A DNA stretch of 32,000 nt, from the NCBI RefSeq assembly GCF_000025685.1, contig NC_013967.1, positions 2,610,001 through 2,642,000 on the forward strand, read 5' to 3'. The position numbers and the translations under genes were made by a program. Below, piece by piece: positions 1-9,763 of this stretch (positions are counted from its first letter, which is position 1; each line of letters opens with the position of its first letter). The notes under the pieces were generated by a model that saw only the letters and a program-made list of their open reading frames with translations, did no database searches and was not told where the DNA came from. The stretch is from Haloferax volcanii DS2. Lineage in GTDB: Archaea; Halobacteriota; Halobacteria; Halobacteriales; Haloferacaceae.

Positions 1-66
1 GGGCGGGGCGCACCCGAACCCCCCGCGACCGTCACGCTCTTTCTCTCCCGCGCGGTACGCACATCC

Positions 67-644
67 ATGCGCGTCAGAGATTGGCAGGACATCCTCTCGG
101 AGGTCGTCGACGCGGGCCGCGACCGCGACCCCGACGCGTGGCGGGCCGTCGCGGGGAATCGCCGCCGGAGCCTCGGCGAGGACCTCTTTCTCGCCCACCC
201 GACGCCGGCGTCTACCAGCTGAAGACGTACGCGAAGAACCCCTACGAGGTCCGCGGCGTCGGCGCTCGCGTCGCCCGCCGCATCGACGACGACCTCGACC
301 CGCTGTTCCCGCGTCGGCGCGACGACGGCGACGGCGAGGCCACCCCCGGCCGGTTCGCCGTCCAGAACCCGCCCGAAGACGAGTCGCAGGCCGAGTCGAT
401 GGCGCGGCGGCTCGAAGAGACCGTGAAGGTCCACGCCGACGCGCCGACCACCGCCGACGACTTCTTCACCGACGTGATGGAGGCGCTCGACAGTCCGGCG
501 TTCGGCCCGATGGACTACGAGTTCGACGCCCGGCCCGACCGCCTCGACGACCTCTCAGAGGAGTTCACGGACGCCGACGAACTGCTCTCGTCGGACCTCG
601 ACGACCTCATCGAGTCCGACGGCGTCGACCGCGGCTTCCAGTGA
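67..644 (+). pseudogene. Acidic conserved-hypothetical gene interrupted by a -1 frame change near 200-215
   Basis: ATG at 67 opens a 51-codon, high-GC3 frame (MRVRDWQDILSEVVDAGRDRDPDAWRAVAGNRRRSLGEDLFLAHPTPA..) that stops at 220-222. From about 201 the acidic, high-GC3 reading (GVYQLKTYAKNPYEVRG...DLIESDGVDRGFQ) continues in the frame of the listed 81..644 ORF. The listed N-terminus (TTG start, Arg/Pro-rich) looks like off-frame translation. The first ATG in the second frame is only near 398. Confidence 0.55.
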
Positions 645-745
645 GAACCTCGGTTTCAAACCCTCGGCATCCAATACACGGATATGGACGATAGGCTCGG
701 CGGGCGGTCGCGACACTCCCCGCACGGCGCGACTTCGGAGGGACG

Positions 746-973
746 ATGGTCGGTTCGAGCATGAGCGACGAGGAGACGCGACTCGCCAACAACCGACTCA
801 AAATCGGCTTCATCCTGCTGGTCGGCGCGTCGGCCGCGCTCGTCGCCGTGCAGGCCGGGGCGACGCTCGTTCAGGCCGCAGTCGCGCTGCTCTGTGGGGT
901 GGTCATCGGGGGGCTCCTCACGTGGTATCTGCGGCGGTGGAGCCGCGAGTTCACCGCGGTGAACCGCCGGTAG
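746..973 (+). CDS. Small two-TM membrane protein (hypothetical)
   Basis: 75-aa ORF with high GC3 and two hydrophobic helices (IGFILLVGASAALVAV / AVALLCGVVIGGLLTWYL). GGAGG lies 5 nt upstream of the ATG at 746. An alternative ATG is at 761. Confidence 0.55.
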   Translation: MVGSSMSDEETRLANNRLKIGFILLVGASAALVAVQAGATLVQAAVALLCGVVIGGLLTWYLRRWSREFTAVNRR

Positions 974-984
974 CGACGCCGCCC

Positions 985-1947
985 TCAGGGCGACACCCGG
1001 GCGACCCATCGCTCGGGCGCGTCCAGTTCCGCGTCGGTCGGTAAGTTCTCCGGATGGTCCCACACCCGCGACGCGGCGGCGACGCCGCGCTCGTCGGCGA
1101 CGTGCTCGAAGAAGCGAGCGCCGCGTTCGTACTGCCGGCGCTTGAGGCCGAGTCCGAGGAGCCGACGCGCGAGTTTGGCGACCGGGCCGCCGCCCTGCCG
1201 ACGCTCGTCGAGCTTCCGGCGGAGGTCCTCGTAGTCGTCGTCGAACGCCCGGTCCATCAGCAGTTCCGCGTAGCCCTCGACGGCGGTCATCGTCGTGTCG
1301 AGTTCGCGGAAGGCGTCGCGGTCGAGGCCGCCGTCGACGAGGGCGTCGACCCCGCGTTGCATCCGCGATTCGAGATGCGTCGAGAGCCACGGGGCCGCAC
1401 CGAACTCCGCGGCGTGCGACACCTCGTGGAAGGCAATCCAGCGGCGGAACCGCGGGTAGTCCACGTCGAGGCTGTCGGCGACCCGGCGGATGTTCGGGTG
1501 GACGAAGTACAGTCCGTGGTCGTCGTCGCCGTCGGCGAGGAGCAGCGGGTCGTACTGGCCGAGGACGTTGTTGCCGAGAAACGAGAGGACGAAGGCGAAC
1601 GACCCGGTGTTGACGGCGCGCGTGAACCCGGGGAGCACGGTGGGGCCGTGTTCCTCGAACGGGACCATCACCCGGCGGAACGTCGCCACGTTCGCGTCTA
1701 TCCAGTGGTGTCGGTTCTGGACTTCGACGACCTCGGGCACGTCGAACTCCACCTCGGCGACGGCCGCGAGGCGGTCGCGCGCGTCGCGAACGTCTGCCGC
1801 GTAGCCCGCGCGCTCGGCGTCCGTGAGGTCGAGCGAACCGGGGTCGGTCGCGGACTTCGCGGCCTCGGCGACGGCGTCCCAGTCGATGGTTCCGGAGCCG
1901 GTTGCCGAAGCGTCCGCGACCGCTCTGACGCTCCGAAAGAGGTTCAT
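985..1947 (-). CDS. Zinc-dependent metalloprotease-like hydrolase (HExxH; DUF2342-like family)
   Basis: 320-aa acidic ORF with an HEVSH (HExxH) motif in the context WIAFHEVSHAAEF. The overall layout resembles the F420-associated 'putative hydrolase' family. Confidence 0.7.
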   Translation of the reverse strand: MNLFRSVRAVADASATGSGTIDWDAVAEAAKSATDPGSLDLTDAERAGYAADVRDARDRLAAVAEVEFDVPEVVEVQNRHHWIDANVATFRRVMVPFEEHGPTVLPGFTRAVNTGSFAFVLSFLGNNVLGQYDPLLLADGDDDHGLYFVHPNIRRVADSLDVDYPRFRRWIAFHEVSHAAEFGAAPWLSTHLESRMQRGVDALVDGGLDRDAFRELDTTMTAVEGYAELLMDRAFDDDYEDLRRKLDERRQGGGPVAKLARRLLGLGLKRRQYERGARFFEHVADERGVAAASRVWDHPENLPTDAELDAPERWVARVSP

Positions 1948-2058
1948 ACCGTATCGTGGTGGGCCGGACGCAAAACGCTTCGGTCGGGGGAGTCTGACCC
2001 GCTAACTCGCAGACAGGACCGCCCCTAAGCACTATACCGAGTCGAACGTGGAAGGCGT

Positions 2059-2874
2059 ATGGACCGAACCATCGACCACGTCGCGTTCGGTGGGACCGAA
2101 CTGTACGAACTCCGGGCGGCCGCGAACGAGGTCGGACTGACGCCGACGTACGGCGGCGAACACGGGACCGGGACGACCCACATGGCCGTCGTGCCGTTCC
2201 CCGACGGGTCGTACCTCGAACTCATCGCGCCGACGCTCGGGACCGACGCCACGGACGCCGGCTTCTGGCCCGACTATCTCGCTGCCGACGTCGGCCCCGC
2301 GGCGTGGTGTCTGGAGACCGACGACGCCGCCAGCGTCAAGACCGCCATCGACGCCGGCCTCCCCGTCGACGGCCCCCACGAGGCCTCTCGCGCCCGACCG
2401 GACGGCCGCCTCGTCGAGTGGGACATGTGTTTCGAGGGGTCGGACCAGCGACTCCCCTTTTTCATTCACGACCGCACTCCGCGGGGCTACCGCGTCCCGG
2501 AGGCCGCGCCGAACGCGTCGCTTCGCGGCCTCCAGACCGTCGTCGTCGCCACCCGCGACCGCGAGGCGACCGCGGCGCTGTTCGCCCGGCGACACCGGTA
2601 CCCCTCTCCGGTCGATATCAACGGCCCGTTTCCCGAGTTCGCCACGCTTCCGGGCACGCCGCTCGCCCTGTGCGAACCCGGCGACGGCGCGCTCGACGCG
2701 CGCATCGACGAGGTCGGTGAGGGGCCGTGTGCGTTCCTCGTCGGCGTCACCGACCCCGACCGCGCGCGCACCGCGCTGTCGCTCGGTCCCGAGATTCGAT
2801 ACAGCGACCGGCGCATGGCGTGGTTCGACCACGACCTGTTCGACGGTCGGTTAGGCGCGGTCGAACTGTCCTGA
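2059..2874 (+). CDS. VOC / glyoxalase-like domain protein
   Basis: 271-aa ORF. The N-terminal IDHVAFGG...HMAVVPFPDGSYLELI segment is typical of glyoxalase-like (VOC) folds. High GC3. Confidence 0.6.
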   Translation: MDRTIDHVAFGGTELYELRAAANEVGLTPTYGGEHGTGTTHMAVVPFPDGSYLELIAPTLGTDATDAGFWPDYLAADVGPAAWCLETDDAASVKTAIDAGLPVDGPHEASRARPDGRLVEWDMCFEGSDQRLPFFIHDRTPRGYRVPEAAPNASLRGLQTVVVATRDREATAALFARRHRYPSPVDINGPFPEFATLPGTPLALCEPGDGALDARIDEVGEGPCAFLVGVTDPDRARTALSLGPEIRYSDRRMAWFDHDLFDGRLGAVELS

Positions 2875-2930
2875 ACCGACCGATTCCGTCCTGAAAACCT
2901 CGAATCACCGACCGATGCCGGACGGTCGGC

Positions 2931-4091
2931 TCAGGCGGCGCAGTTGTTCGGTCCGAGTTCGAGTTCGGTCGCCTCCTCCTCGCCGCCGACCGAGGCCCGC
3001 CCGGTGTTGATGTCGATGACGCGCTCGTAGTTCGCGGGCTTCTCGGGCGTGTCCTCGGTGACGCGGGCGACGAACGCCGACACGTCCATCGACAGCAAGT
3101 CGAGTCCCTCGCGCAGGTCGCCGAGCGGCGCGCTCACGAGTTCGCCCGGCGCGGCGACGCCGTAGCGCCCGTCCGCCCCGACGGAGACGTGGCCGGGGAG
3201 GACGCGCGTCTCGTCGGGCAGCGACAACAGCGTGTCGTGAAGCGTCTCGTAGAGGAGTTCCGCCCCCGTCGCGGCGTCCGAATCACCGAACTGGAGTTCC
3301 GTCCGGCCGACCGACTCGACGAACAGCGTGTCGCCGGTGAGGAGGAACCGGCCGTCGACGAGGTAGTTCGTCATGTCCGAGGTGTGCCCCGGCGCGTGCA
3401 TCGCCTCGATATCGTAGTCGCCGACGGCCAGCGTCTCGCCGTCGTCCAGCGCGGTGAACTCGTGGGCCACGTCGCGGTCGGTCGCCTCCGCCCCGAGGTA
3501 GTACGGCACGTCGAGGCGGTCGGCGAGCGCCCGCCCCCCGGAGACGTGGTCGGCGTGGACGTGCGTGTCGAGCACACCAGCGACCGTCATCCCGGCGTCG
3601 GCGGCGACGAGTTCGAACTCGTGAATCTGCCGGGTGGCGTCCACGACGACCGCCTCGCGGGCCGACCGCGAGCCGACGACGTAGCCGAGACAGCCCTTTG
3701 CGCGGCGCTGGACCTGCGCGACGAACAGATCGTCGTCGCCGGTGTCGAGTTCGACTACCTCGTACAGCTTGCTCCAGTCTTCCATGCCGCCTTTGACGAC
3801 CTCCACGTCGTCGTAGCCGCGTTCGGCCAGTCCGAACCCGAATGACGTCGAAGACAGCCCTTTCCCGCAGATGGCGACGACCGGCCCCTCACGGACGAGG
3901 TCGCCGACGCGGTCCCAGTCCCAGTCGCCGCCGAGCCCGTCGACGGGGTGGAAAGGGACGTTGACCGCGCCCTCGATGTGCCACGACTCGAAGCTCTCGG
4001 GCGGCCGCGTGTCGACCACGGTGAACGACTCTCCCGCGTCCACCCTGTCTGCGAGTTCGCCCACGGTGAGCTGGTGAAGGAGTTTGCTCAT
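2931..4091 (-). CDS. Rhodanese-domain / metallo-beta-lactamase fold fusion protein (persulfide-dioxygenase-like)
   Basis: The N-terminal rhodanese segment (VVDTRPPESFESWHIEGAVNVPF, active-site loop CGKGLSS) is followed by the MBL motif HVHADHVSGG. I place the start at MSKLLHQ (cat at 4089-4091); the 44 upstream codons of the listed ORF look non-coding. Confidence 0.8.
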   Translation of the reverse strand: MSKLLHQLTVGELADRVDAGESFTVVDTRPPESFESWHIEGAVNVPFHPVDGLGGDWDWDRVGDLVREGPVVAICGKGLSSTSFGFGLAERGYDDVEVVKGGMEDWSKLYEVVELDTGDDDLFVAQVQRRAKGCLGYVVGSRSAREAVVVDATRQIHEFELVAADAGMTVAGVLDTHVHADHVSGGRALADRLDVPYYLGAEATDRDVAHEFTALDDGETLAVGDYDIEAMHAPGHTSDMTNYLVDGRFLLTGDTLFVESVGRTELQFGDSDAATGAELLYETLHDTLLSLPDETRVLPGHVSVGADGRYGVAAPGELVSAPLGDLREGLDLLSMDVSAFVARVTEDTPEKPANYERVIDINTGRASVGGEEEATELELGPNNCAA

Positions 4092-4237
4092 GTGTTTAGC
4101 TATGGGAACGGCGCACAAAACCGTTTGTGGCGGATGCGGGGCCGCGGTCTCGCGTGACGTCGACTCGACTCGCGTCGGCGGCGTCGTGGCTGCACCGAAC
4201 TGAGCGACAGCGCCGCCGCTCACCGGGCGAGTGTCAG

Positions 4238-4241
4238 AAAA
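4238..4241 (-). terminator. Possible oligo-T terminator after rps2
   Basis: The minus strand reads GACTTTTCTGAC about 25 nt downstream of the rps2 stop. Archaeal terminators are short T-runs. Confidence 0.3.
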
Positions 4242-4265
4242 GTCGAATCGGAAGGTCGTCCCGAA

Positions 4266-5048
4266 CTACAGTTCGGCCTCGAAGTCTTCGAGGGCGTAGA
4301 CGGTGTCGGAGCCGCGGCGGTCGAGCGTCTCGTTGGCCAGCAGCCAGTAGACGACCGACAGCGCGCGTCGACCCTTGTTGTTCGTTGGGACGACGAGGTC
4401 GACGTTCGACGTCTGGTTGTTGGAGTCGCACATCGCGATGACCGGGATGCCGACCGTGATGGCCTCCTTGACGGCCTGCGCGTCACCAATCGGGTCGGTG
4501 ACGACGACCACGTCGGGTTCGATGTAGCCGGCGTAGTCCGGGTTCGTCAGTGTACCCGGAATGAAGCGGCCCGTGCGGGCGCGAGCGCCGACGGCGTCGG
4601 CGAACTTCTCGGCCGGGAAGCGACCGTACTGGCGGGAGGACGTGACCAGAATCTGCTCCGGACTGTAATTCGCGAGGAAGTCCGCGGCGGTGCGGATTCG
4701 CGAGTCAGTCTGGCTGACGTCGAGCACGTAGAGCCCGTCGTCGCGGACACGGTGGATGAACCGGACCATGTCCTTGGTCTTCTGCTGGGTACCGATGTGG
4801 ACACCGGCGGCCAGGTAGTCCTCGACCGGGATGAGCAGGTCGGCGTCTTCGTCGGGCATAACGTCCTCGTCGAAGGCCGGTTCCGGCTCTGCTTCTTCGG
4901 CCTCGGCGGCGTCGTCGGCCGCCTCGGCGGTCTCTGCTGTCTCGTCTTCGGTGGCGGCCTCGGCGGGTTCCGTCTCGGCGACCGCTTCGGTCTCCGTCTC
5001 GGGTTCCTCGTCGGCGACCTCCACCGCGTCGTTTTCGTTGTCGCTCAT
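4266..5048 (-). CDS. rps2: 30S ribosomal protein uS2 with a 63-aa acidic N-terminal extension
   Basis: The core [24 protein letters not shown]...VVVTDP...[10 protein letters not shown] is unmistakably S2. The ATG at 5048 overlaps the eno stop (ATGA). Confidence 0.95.
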   Translation of the reverse strand: MSDNENDAVEVADEEPETETEAVAETEPAEAATEDETAETAEAADDAAEAEEAEPEPAFDEDVMPDEDADLLIPVEDYLAAGVHIGTQQKTKDMVRFIHRVRDDGLYVLDVSQTDSRIRTAADFLANYSPEQILVTSSRQYGRFPAEKFADAVGARARTGRFIPGTLTNPDYAGYIEPDVVVVTDPIGDAQAVKEAITVGIPVIAMCDSNNQTSNVDLVVPTNNKGRRALSVVYWLLANETLDRRGSDTVYALEDFEAEL

Positions 5049-6244
5049 ACTGCGTCGTCCGCGATGCGGATGAGTTCGTTCAGTTTGGCGGTTCGCTCGC
5101 CCTGCACCGTGCCAGTCTTGATGAACGGCGCGTCGGTTGCGACGGCGAGGTGTGCGATGGTCGCGTCTTCCGTCTCACCGGAGCGGTGAGAGATGACGGC
5201 GTCCATCCCGTTTCGGGAGGCCAGTTCGACGGCGTCGAACGCGTCGGTCAGCGTCCCGATCTGGTTCGGCTTGATGAGGATGGAGTTCGCGGCGCCCACG
5301 TCGATGCCGTCCTGCAGACGGTCGACGTTGGTGACGAACAGGTCGTCACCGCAGATGAGCGTGCGGTCGCCCACGCGCTCTGTGAGTTCCGCGAAGCCCT
5401 CGTAGTCGTTCTCGTCGAGGGGGTCTTCGACGTAGACGAGGTCGTACTCGTCGACCATCTCGGCGACGTAGTCGATCTGCTCGTCGGTCGTCTTCGTCTC
5501 GTCACCGTAGTGGTAGACGCCGTCTTCGAACATCTCCGAGGCGGCGATGTCGAGACCGAAGCCGATCTCGAAGCCGAGTTCGTCCTCGACGTCGGAGACC
5601 GCTTCGCCCATGATTTCGAACGCCTCGGCGTCGGAGACCGGCGGCGCCCACGCACCCTCGTCGCCCTTCGCGGCGGGCACGCCGCGCTCGTCGAGAATCT
5701 CGGACGCGCGGGCGTGGACCTTCGCGTTGGCGAAGACGGCTTCGGAGACGCTCGGCGCGCCGACCGGCGCGGCGAGGAACTCCTGGATGTTCGTCGCTTC
5801 TTTGGCGTGTTCACCGCCTCCGATGACGTTCCCGAGCGGCGTCGGGAAGTTGTCGCCGCGGAACGCGCCGCCGAGATGCTGGTACAGGGGCGCACCGAGC
5901 ACGTCGGCACCGGCCTTGGCCGCCGCCATCGAGATGGCGACCGCGCTGTTCGCGCCGATTTCCGAGAAGTTCTCGGAACCGTCGGCGGCGCGGAGCGTCG
6001 CGTCGACCTCGCGCTGGTTGCCCGCGTGGACCTCGTCCACGAGTCGGGGAACCGCGTGTCGCCGCGCGGCGGCGATTGCTTCGGTCGGCGGCAGTTCGAT
6101 TGCCTCGTACTCGCCGGTGGATGCCCCGCTCGGGGCCGCAGCGCGACCGAACCCACCGGATTCGGTGAGCACGTCGGCTTCGACCGTCGGGTTTCCACGG
6201 GAGTCGAGCACGCGGCGCAGAGCTACGGATGTGATTCGAGTCAT
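5045..6244 (-). CDS. eno: Enolase
   Basis: [25 protein letters not shown]...[17 protein letters not shown] are canonical enolase motifs. The start is taken at MTRIT (cat at 6242-6244). Confidence 0.95.
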   Translation of the reverse strand: MTRITSVALRRVLDSRGNPTVEADVLTESGGFGRAAAPSGASTGEYEAIELPPTEAIAAARRHAVPRLVDEVHAGNQREVDATLRAADGSENFSEIGANSAVAISMAAAKAGADVLGAPLYQHLGGAFRGDNFPTPLGNVIGGGEHAKEATNIQEFLAAPVGAPSVSEAVFANAKVHARASEILDERGVPAAKGDEGAWAPPVSDAEAFEIMGEAVSDVEDELGFEIGFGLDIAASEMFEDGVYHYGDETKTTDEQIDYVAEMVDEYDLVYVEDPLDENDYEGFAELTERVGDRTLICGDDLFVTNVDRLQDGIDVGAANSILIKPNQIGTLTDAFDAVELASRNGMDAVISHRSGETEDATIAHLAVATDAPFIKTGTVQGERTAKLNELIRIADDAV

Positions 6245-6248
6245 GTTG

Positions 6249-6422
6249 TCACTTACCCTCTCGTTTGACGGTGAACGGAAGTACACCTGCGTCGTACTCC
6301 TCAGCGGCGATTAATATCGGTTCTGTCTGTTCCGAATCGACGAGAACCGGGGCCCCGTAGGAGACCTGCAGCGCTCGCGCGCCGAGGATGCGTGCCTTCT
6401 CGTATCGGTTGTACCGTTGCAT
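6249..6422 (-). CDS. rpoK: DNA-directed RNA polymerase subunit K (Rpo6)
   Basis: Hand-translated 57-aa ORF absent from the track (<60 aa): [57 protein letters not shown]. The ATG shares one nt with the rpoN stop (TGATG). It sits in the conserved position between rpoN and eno. Confidence 0.9.
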   Translation of the reverse strand: MQRYNRYEKARILGARALQVSYGAPVLVDSEQTEPILIAAEEYDAGVLPFTVKREGK

Positions 6423-6616
6423 CATTGGTAGGGGGATACGACGTCCACGAGGTCCTTGTGCGACACCATCATCCGCCGGCAGCAGGCACGCGTGACCCCG
6501 AGGTCGTCGAGGACCTCAGCGGGGTCCTCGTCTCCCTCGCGAGCACGGGCTTTGAACTCGTCCCAGTGTTCGCCGATCACTGTGCCGCAGGTGAAACACC
6601 GGACGGGAATCATCAT
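6422..6616 (-). CDS. rpoN: DNA-directed RNA polymerase subunit N (Rpo10)
   Basis: [21 protein letters not shown]...[12 protein letters not shown], a zinc-binding RpoN signature. Confidence 0.95.
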   Translation of the reverse strand: MMIPVRCFTCGTVIGEHWDEFKARAREGDEDPAEVLDDLGVTRACCRRMMVSHKDLVDVVSPYQ

Positions 6617-6628
6617 GGTTAGATCACC

Positions 6629-7027
6629 TCAGCGGTAGGACTTCTGGTAACGAGCGCGCGCGCCCGGTCCGCCCCACTTCTTGGGTTCGGACTGGCGAAC
6701 GTCGTTGACCAGAAGCGAGCGGTCGAACTCCATGTACGCGTCGCGAAGCTCCGCGTCGTTCAGGTACTGCACCAGCCCACGAGCGAGCGCGGTGCGGACT
6801 GCGTCGGCCTGACCGGCCACGCCGCCGCCGTTGACGCGCACGTCGATGTCGACCTGCGAGCGGAGGTCCTCGCCTGCGATGCGGAACGGCTCCAGCATCT
6901 TGAGGCGGGCCATCTCCGGCTCGACCAGCTCGACCGGCTGGGAGTTGATTCGGACTCGACCCTCGCCTTCGCGCACGGTGGCGCGGGCGATTGCGGTCTT
7001 CTTCTTACCAGACGTGTTCGTTACCAT
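6629..7027 (-). CDS. rps9: 30S ribosomal protein uS9
   Basis: [12 protein letters not shown]...[19 protein letters not shown]...[14 protein letters not shown]. Confidence 0.95.
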   Translation of the reverse strand: MVTNTSGKKKTAIARATVREGEGRVRINSQPVELVEPEMARLKMLEPFRIAGEDLRSQVDIDVRVNGGGVAGQADAVRTALARGLVQYLNDAELRDAYMEFDRSLLVNDVRQSEPKKWGGPGARARYQKSYR

Positions 7028-7458
7028 GTGACGTTAGCACCCAGCTTCTCGGAGACCTCTCCGAGCGAGATGAACTTGATGTTCGAAAGGCGGTCCAGCG
7101 AGGTGTCTTCGAGCATCTCGCCGTCTTCGCCGTACGGATTGCCGACGTAGACGCGGACGTTCGAGAGCGCCTCGCGGCCGCGGGGCTTCTTGTACGGAAG
7201 CATGCCGCGGATGGCACGCTTGAAGATGCGGTCGGGACGCTTCGGGTAGTACGGACCCTGGTCCGAACCGACTTCGACGCGCTTTCTGTACTTGGCCATC
7301 ACGTCCTCTTCCGAGCCCGTGATGACGGCGTCTTCCGCGTTGACGACGGCGACCGTCTCGCCTGCGAGGGCGCGCTGTGCGACCTCCGAGGCGACGCGGC
7401 CGACGATGCAGTTTCGAGCGTCGACGACGACGTCTGCGTCGAATTCTGCGAGGCTCAT
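7021..7458 (-). CDS. rpl13: 50S ribosomal protein uL13
   Basis: [22 protein letters not shown]...[21 protein letters not shown]. Confidence 0.95.
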   Translation of the reverse strand: MSLAEFDADVVVDARNCIVGRVASEVAQRALAGETVAVVNAEDAVITGSEEDVMAKYRKRVEVGSDQGPYYPKRPDRIFKRAIRGMLPYKKPRGREALSNVRVYVGNPYGEDGEMLEDTSLDRLSNIKFISLGEVSEKLGANVTW

Positions 7459-7805
7459 CGGATCACCCGTACGTTGGACCCGTCGGGGTTCTGTTCAGCG
7501 AGTTGTTCTAGCGTCACGGTGTCGCCGACCTGCTCGATCTTCTTTCGAGCGGTGGACGAGAAGTCCACGGCCGCGACTGTGACGTTCTTCTGCAGCACAC
7601 CGCTACCCAGCACCTTGCCGGGCACGACGACGGTCTCGTCTTCCTGAGCGTATCGTTCGATACGACCAAGGTTGACTTCCGCGTGGGTGCGCCGTGGCTT
7701 TTCGAGACGGTCCGCGACATCCTGCCAGACGTTGGCACCGGACTCACGCGAGACCGCCTTCAGCTCGGCGATGAGACTGTTGAGTCTCGGGTTCGTCTTA
7801 CTCAT
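7455..7805 (-). CDS. rpl18e: 50S ribosomal protein L18e
   Basis: [16 protein letters not shown]...[15 protein letters not shown]...VPGKVLGSG. It sits in the conserved position after tRNA-Leu. Confidence 0.9.
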   Translation of the reverse strand: MSKTNPRLNSLIAELKAVSRESGANVWQDVADRLEKPRRTHAEVNLGRIERYAQEDETVVVPGKVLGSGVLQKNVTVAAVDFSSTARKKIEQVGDTVTLEQLAEQNPDGSNVRVIR

Positions 7806-7831
7806 TGTCTACCTCCAGAGAGAAAGCGGAG

Positions 7832-7916
7832 TGCAGGGAGCAGGATTTGAACCTGCGGACTCCTATGAGACAGCGCCCTGAACGCTGCGCCGTTGGCCAG
7901 ACTTGGCTATCCCTGC
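7832..7916 (-). tRNA. tRNA-Leu (anticodon CAG), type II
   Basis: The minus strand reads GCAGGGA-TA-GCC..GGC-G-CAGCG-TTCAGGG-CGCTG-(long variable arm)-GCAGG-TTCAAAT-CCTGC-TCCCTGC-A. All stems pair. No CCA is encoded. Confidence 0.9.
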
Positions 7917-7942
7917 AAGCATTCCGCTGTACTTCATGCCCC

Positions 7943-7950
7943 GTAAAAAC
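7943..7950 (-). promoter_or_regulatory. TATA-like box (GTTTTTAC) for tRNA-Leu / rpl18e operon
   Basis: An AT-rich octamer lies 27-34 nt upstream of the tRNA-Leu 5' end. The same T5 run could terminate rpoD read-through. Confidence 0.45.
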
Positions 7951-8060
7951 ACCTTCGGTCCGGCCCGCCGCCGTGAGGGAGTCACACGCCACGCTATCGG
8001 TGGTTGTGACCCCTCGTGGGGCGGGCGAACGCCGGTGTTGAGACGGGGCAGTGTTCATTC

Positions 8061-8840
8061 TTACAGTGCGACCTTCTCTTCGAGTTCGGCCGCGCGGTCA
8101 CCCAAGGAGGCGACGGCGCGCGTCACGAGCTCGTCGACGTCGAACGACCCGTCCGTCTCCACACTGAAGACGAACGCGCCGGGCACGTCGTGTACTTCGA
8201 CCTCTTTCCCGGGGTACCGCTCCGTCAGGTCGTTGCCGAACGTCTCCGTCGCGACGAGGTCGCCGTCTTCGGCGTCCCCCTCGGCGTGTTCCGCCGCGGC
8301 CTCTTCGATGACGCCGCGGAGGATGTTCGGCTCCTGTTCATCGAACTCGCCGGCGTCGCCGACGACCTCCACGCGCTGGAGGTGTCGGTAGCCGACGGCG
8401 ACCCCGCCTTGGTTCTTGGCGTGGTCTTTTCCGTGGCCGAGGACGGCGTCGGCCTCGAACTCGAGGCGCTGGCCCTCCTTCAGCTCGATGATGGGGATGT
8501 TCTCGTCCGCCGGGACGACCATGTCGTCCGCGGATTCGATATCCCCGGAGTAGGCGGTTGCCGGCCCGTCGACTTCGAGCGCGACGGTGACGGTGTCACC
8601 GGGTTCGAAGTCGTCGAGAGGCGTGGTCAACGGAACCAGACCGAGACGAAGCCCGATCATCTCGTCGAACATGACCGAGGTGTTCTCCACGAACCGAACG
8701 GTGTCGATGGAGAACGTCGGCACGTCGGCGACCATCGCCCGGCGAATGCCGTTGGCTAGCGCCGGGGTCAGACCGCGCGCGACGAAACGGGCGCGTCGGT
8801 CTTCGCGTTCGATGAACTCGACCTGGAAGTCGTTTACCAT
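8061..8840 (-). CDS. rpoD: DNA-directed RNA polymerase subunit D (Rpo3)
   Basis: 259-aa [39 protein letters not shown]..., in the conserved position downstream of rps11. Confidence 0.9.
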   Translation of the reverse strand: MVNDFQVEFIEREDRRARFVARGLTPALANGIRRAMVADVPTFSIDTVRFVENTSVMFDEMIGLRLGLVPLTTPLDDFEPGDTVTVALEVDGPATAYSGDIESADDMVVPADENIPIIELKEGQRLEFEADAVLGHGKDHAKNQGGVAVGYRHLQRVEVVGDAGEFDEQEPNILRGVIEEAAAEHAEGDAEDGDLVATETFGNDLTERYPGKEVEVHDVPGAFVFSVETDGSFDVDELVTRAVASLGDRAAELEEKVAL

Positions 8841-8846
8841 GGTGTG

Positions 8847-9239
8847 TTAGAGTCGGCTGTTTTTCGGCGCGCGAGTTCCGTCGTGCGGAATCGGCGTCAC
8901 GTCCTCGATGCGACCGATCTCGAGACCGGCGCGAGCGAGGGCGCGAATCGTTGCCTGTGCGCCGGGTCCGGGGCTCTTGTTACCGTTGCCACCGGGACCG
9001 CGAACGCGGACGTGCAGACCGGCGATACCGGCCGCCTTAATCTGGTCGGCGACGCTCTCTGCCATCTGCATGGCCGCGTACGGAGATGCCTCGTCACGGT
9101 TCTGCTTGACGACGGAGCCACCGGACGATTTGACGATAGTCTCGGCGCCCGTGATGTCAGTCACCGTGATGAGCGTGTTGTTGAACGATGCGTGAACGTG
9201 GGCGATACCCCACTTGTCACCGGTTTCGGATTCGCTCAT
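8847..9239 (-). CDS. rps11: 30S ribosomal protein uS11
   Basis: [25 protein letters not shown]...[31 protein letters not shown]. Confidence 0.95.
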   Translation of the reverse strand: MSESETGDKWGIAHVHASFNNTLITVTDITGAETIVKSSGGSVVKQNRDEASPYAAMQMAESVADQIKAAGIAGLHVRVRGPGGNGNKSPGPGAQATIRALARAGLEIGRIEDVTPIPHDGTRAPKNSRL

Positions 9240-9763
9240 TCTTGGGCCTCCGCGCGCTCAGGGTGCAGTTCGTCCGCGAGCTTCGACGTCTCGTCGAACG
9301 CCACGGTGTCCTCTTCGTCGACCTCGACCTTGCGGGAGGGGACGGTCGTCCGCGCACCGTCGACGGTCACGTGACCGTGGACGATGAACTGACGGGCCTG
9401 CTGGGGCGTCTGTGCGAGCCCCTTGCGGTAGGCGACCGTCTGGAACCGACGTTCGAGGATGTCGGTCACGTCGAGACGCAGCGTCTGGGAGATGTCGTCC
9501 TCCGCAGAGAGGATGCCGTAGCGGCGCATGCGCGCCATGAACTCGGCACCGAGCGACTCGGCTTCTTCGACGTCGCCCTGGGCCTCGCCGAGGAGGCGTC
9601 GCGCCTCGCGGCGGAGGTTGCGCAGTTCGGACTGCGCGCGCCAGAGCTCTTCCTTGTTCTTGAGACCGTACCGAGAGAGGAGGTCCGATTCCTGTGCGAT
9701 GCGCTCGCCCTGGAACGGGTGATTCGGGGTCTCGTAGAACTTGGTGTTGTTACCCGTCGTCAT
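9236..9763 (-). CDS. rps4: 30S ribosomal protein uS4
   Basis: [15 protein letters not shown]...[38 protein letters not shown] overlap with rps11. Confidence 0.95.
   Translation of the reverse strand: MTTGNNTKFYETPNHPFQGERIAQESDLLSRYGLKNKEELWRAQSELRNLRREARRLLGEAQGDVEEAESLGAEFMARMRRYGILSAEDDISQTLRLDVTDILERRFQTVAYRKGLAQTPQQARQFIVHGHVTVDGARTTVPSRKVEVDEEDTVAFDETSKLADELHPERAEAQE

Noticed and set aside
81-644. The listed 187-aa ORF taken as an intact CDS with a TTG start.
   Set aside because: Its first ~40 residues (GGRRRGPRPRPRRVAGRRGESPPEPRRGP) look off-frame. A different frame starting at ATG 67 carries the protein-like reading up to about 210. I treated it as a frameshifted gene instead.
656-2032. 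458-aa minus-strand ORF, with similar long ORFs at 10995..12392(+), 20090..21322(-), 22881..24455(+) and 27875..29701(+).
   Set aside because: These are extremely Arg/Pro/Gly-rich basic translations with low GC3. They lie antisense to or out of frame with clearly identifiable genes (metalloprotease, livM, sdhA and others). Such shadow ORFs are typical of GC-rich DNA.
4092-4223. N-terminal extensions of listed ORFs: 2931..4223, 5045..6286, 9760..10326, 11003..11866, 18039..18809, 22962..25121, 29676..30887 and 30557..31279.
   Set aside because: The upstream portions are basic or low-complexity and run into neighbouring genes or tRNAs. Internal ATGs give canonical N-termini (for example MTRITSV for enolase and MSVRDDF for LivM), often with stop/start overlaps to the upstream gene.
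7917-8060. 86-aa (7798..8058, minus) and 78-aa (7805..8041, plus) ORFs in the rpoD / tRNA-Leu spacer.
   Set aside because: They overlap tRNA-Leu and its promoter, have poor codon bias and a Cys/Arg-rich composition. They are most likely non-coding spacer.
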